Shown here in pieces: positions 61,421 through 64,000 of a DNA stretch of 64,000 bases. A model generated the notes under the pieces. It was not told where the DNA came from. It worked only from the letters and a program-made list of their open reading frames with translations, and did not search any database. This stretch comes from Oikopleura dioica (Eukaryota > Animalia > Chordata): the NCBI GenBank assembly GCA_907165135.1, contig OU015566.1, positions 11,470,001-11,534,000 of the forward strand. The letters are read 5' to 3'. A program made the translations under genes and the position numbers. Within the stretch, counting starts at the first letter, position 1, and the number at the start of each line of letters is the position of its first letter.

Positions 61421-62051
61421 GGGTACTATCTTCGATTCCCAGAAGGTGTCTTTTCAAAAGATATATAGGAATCGGTTATTAGAAATAGATTCTTCATTAG
61501 ATTTTACGATTATATCATATTGACAACTATTCGAAATTATCAATGTATCTTGAGATATGGCCTCTAGAAGTTTTTTCGAAAAAAAATTTTGAACTTCGAT
61601 TTTCTCGATCAAGTGCTTGTTCGAAGGCTTAGAGCAAGGGCCATATGTTGGTAGCTGTATCGATCGCGACATCAAGATATTTTCGATTCTAGAGCCAAAA
61701 ATGTGTCGCAAACTTTTAAAAAATGCTCAATTTTCACAAAATCGACGAGACTCAATTTTCAAAAAATTATTTTTGGTATTTTTTGTTTTTCAATGGAAAA
61801 ATCCTTCTGTAATTTTAAAGATTCATGTTCAAATTACAAATAACCTATTCAACCGTTTATATAGGCCATTTTGGCGAAGATGACCACTTCAAGCCGTAAT
61901 TTAGCCGCTTTTCTGTTGAGCAATTGATAAACACCTCTGTAATAGTTAAGATCTAGGAGAGATCTATTAAATGAGCCTATATGGACTCATCTATCATTCA
62001 CAAGCTCCGAGTTATTCAAGGCTCAATTTGAGGAAATCGAAGATAGTACCC
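61421..62051. mobile_element. Non-autonomous DNA element with TTAA TSD (Kolobok-like), 631 bp
   Basis: 17-bp perfect TIR GGGTACTATCTTCGATT; TTAA at 61417-61420 and 62052-62055. GG termini fit Kolobok better than piggyBac (CCC termini). Confidence 0.8.
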
Positions 62052-62639
62052 TTAATCCTAAGTTATTTAAGAGTAGTTTTAAAGGTTCTGTGTCATAATC
62101 TTTGGCACACGTGGTGGGGAAGGGTTAATTGAGTGGATGTCTTCCGACCATATTGACTATCACCAAAGTTTTTCGAAAGACTATTTTTCAAAGATGCAGA
62201 TTTCTGAATGTACAGTTGTTTCTTATTTTGTTCTTCTGATGTTATTTGATTATGAGTCAAAGTTTATGATCGACCATCATTAATGCTTCAACTACCGGTC
62301 CGGTAGTACCGGAACTTAATTCTGCAAGAAAATTAAAATAATTCATTATCATAATTGTTCTTCTTTTTCACCCGTTGTCAAGGAAAGAAAAGAACTTTCG
62401 TTTTTCTTTTGAGGTGGCGCTCTTCAACCAAGGGAAGTAAACTTTAAACTCTGCGAATTACTCCGCAAATAATAAAAAGTGACTTTCGCAAATAAAAAAA
62501 GACTTCAAGTGACGGACTTACTTACAGTATTCGCTCAACGACATACATCCGATCATTCACATAGAAAGAATAATCTACCATTATAAAGCTTCAAAGTTCT
62601 AAATAAAATTGATATAAATCCTTATTCCTGAGTTAATTC

Positions 62640-63471
62640 CGAGCTTCATCCAAAAGTCTTTCCTTATCACTAGTTTTGAAGATCATGAAATAATGTTTTT
62701 TCAAGTGTGAGCCAACGCTCTGAAACAGGATTATCGCACCATTCTCATCACGACCTGTAAGCAGCAACCTTATTTTTCTTCCAGAGAAATCGACATGGGG
62801 CGAATTCTTCAGAACGGACGTAAATTTTTCTTGTTCTTTAAATTCTATCATTATTGAATTTTTGAAGGAATTGATTTATTGGTGCTGGCATGTGAAGATG
62901 CAGGGGCTTACTTTCGAATTATCAAGGATATGTTCACCGTAGGAACGGATTTAGAGATCAGAAAAGACACTTTCGGAAAGATCTGAAAAATCTGCGAAAA
63001 GAGCTTCAGGATATTCCTCAATGGTGCAAATTTGACTTTCACGTTCGCGGCTACCCAATTGATCCTGACAATTTTCCCTTTCAGCGGCGCACCAAACGTC
63101 GAATTCGAAGGAAGCGGTCTTCCTTGATTTCGGCCTTTGTCCATTTCAATTTTCGGTAATTTCCCACTTATGAAAATCGCGCAGATAGAGCAAAAACAAA
63201 GCTGCTGTTGGTGACGGAAGAAATGCTCGAGCTAGCAGAAGATGATGAAGAATTTGTTGGAGATCTTTCGGAATTGCTCGAGCGAGGGCACTTGGTGGCG
63301 ATGAACGACAATCTTCCTGTCGCTGAGTTTGAAAGATTGGTTTCTTCATTGGTCAAGTTCAAAAAAACACTCAGTGTGGAGAATCATTGTTTTTCGCAGT
63401 TTCCAGTTCGATTGTTCCCAGTTTATTCCGCTACTCAGCGCGGAATCACTCGTGCGGCTGGGAGGCGCTAG
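62640..63471 (+). CDS. Probable multi-exon gene of unknown function
   Basis: Exon-like frames (ANALKQDYRTILITTC; RKELQDIPQWCKFDFHVRGYP; AKTKLLLVTEEMLELAEDD...RR*). The last junction needs a GA donor at 63111. The start is uncertain. Confidence 0.45.
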
Positions 63472-63827
63472 AACAATTTTTCTTCGGAAGTCATAGTTGT
63501 AAACATTATTTATTAAATCACCGTGTAATTTTAAGAAAACCGTTACGAGGCGGGTTTGGTGCTCTCCCATCTAGGTTCCTACCCCGGTGACCTTTCAATT
63601 TAGTCTAAATGTCACAAATTCAAGATATCGGGGCTGCCCACTTTCAAATTGAATGAAATCTTGAACTTTGAAATAGGGAAAGCGCGCAAAAGACATCAAG
63701 AAGCTGGAAACGAATGAAGTAAGCAAGCTTTTCGCAGGAACCATAAATCTACTTGCGAAGCCAATGTATCAAATACAAGAGTTTCTACCTTTCCCGCAGA
63801 ATATTTCAGCTGCTGATCCGGGCGAAA

Positions 63828-64000
63828 TCTGCTTGCTCGCAGAGGATGAGCTGGATCCGTATCAAGATTACATGGTCAACTTCAAACAAGGGGAGCTGGA
63901 AATTGATTCGATTGGGGACATGATCAGTAAGCAAAGTATCACTTTGCCGATTCCCCTTGGCTTGGGGCCTGGAGAAGTTGAAATCAGAATCTACCCGGTC
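63828..64000 (+). CDS. Exon of a gene truncated by the window end; DBB/IPT-like beta-sandwich
   Basis: After a TTTCAG acceptor: ADPGEICLLAEDEL...YMVNF...SKQSITLPIPLGLGPGEVEIRIYP. Weakly resembles BCAP/AKAP13 N-terminal Ig-like domains. Confidence 0.4.

Overview
This is a gene-dense eukaryotic window, most likely the appendicularian tunicate Oikopleura dioica or a close relative. That call is an inference from the ~45-nt GT-AG introns, frequent GA/GG/GC donors, and closely packed same-strand genes whose ATG is preceded by a splice acceptor. I hand-spliced about 30 protein genes. Recognisable ones are BAG6-like, PPCDC, MSL3, ERC1/ELKS, UBXN6, PSMG3, three tandem MED30 paralogs, PCED1, RPL36A, RPS27, SUGT1, SGPP, MRI1 and a PLAC8-like gene, plus several secreted mosaic proteins. 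The window also holds 4 intronic tRNAs and 5 MITE/foldback elements. Strongest leads: (1) a class of non-GT introns with G(A/G/C)AA(A)GG-like donors whose two ends base-pair into a stem, six of them consecutive in PPCDC; (2) a conserved hairpin that starts at a cryptic 3' splice site in the last intron of both neighbouring ribosomal-protein genes; (3) a hAT MITE inserted in an exon that can be spliced out in frame as a new GT-AG intron; (4) two identical 116-bp GC-rich structured elements ending in ACA; (5) a MED30 triplication. All gene models and homologies come from reading the sequence and recalled family motifs. No searches were run.
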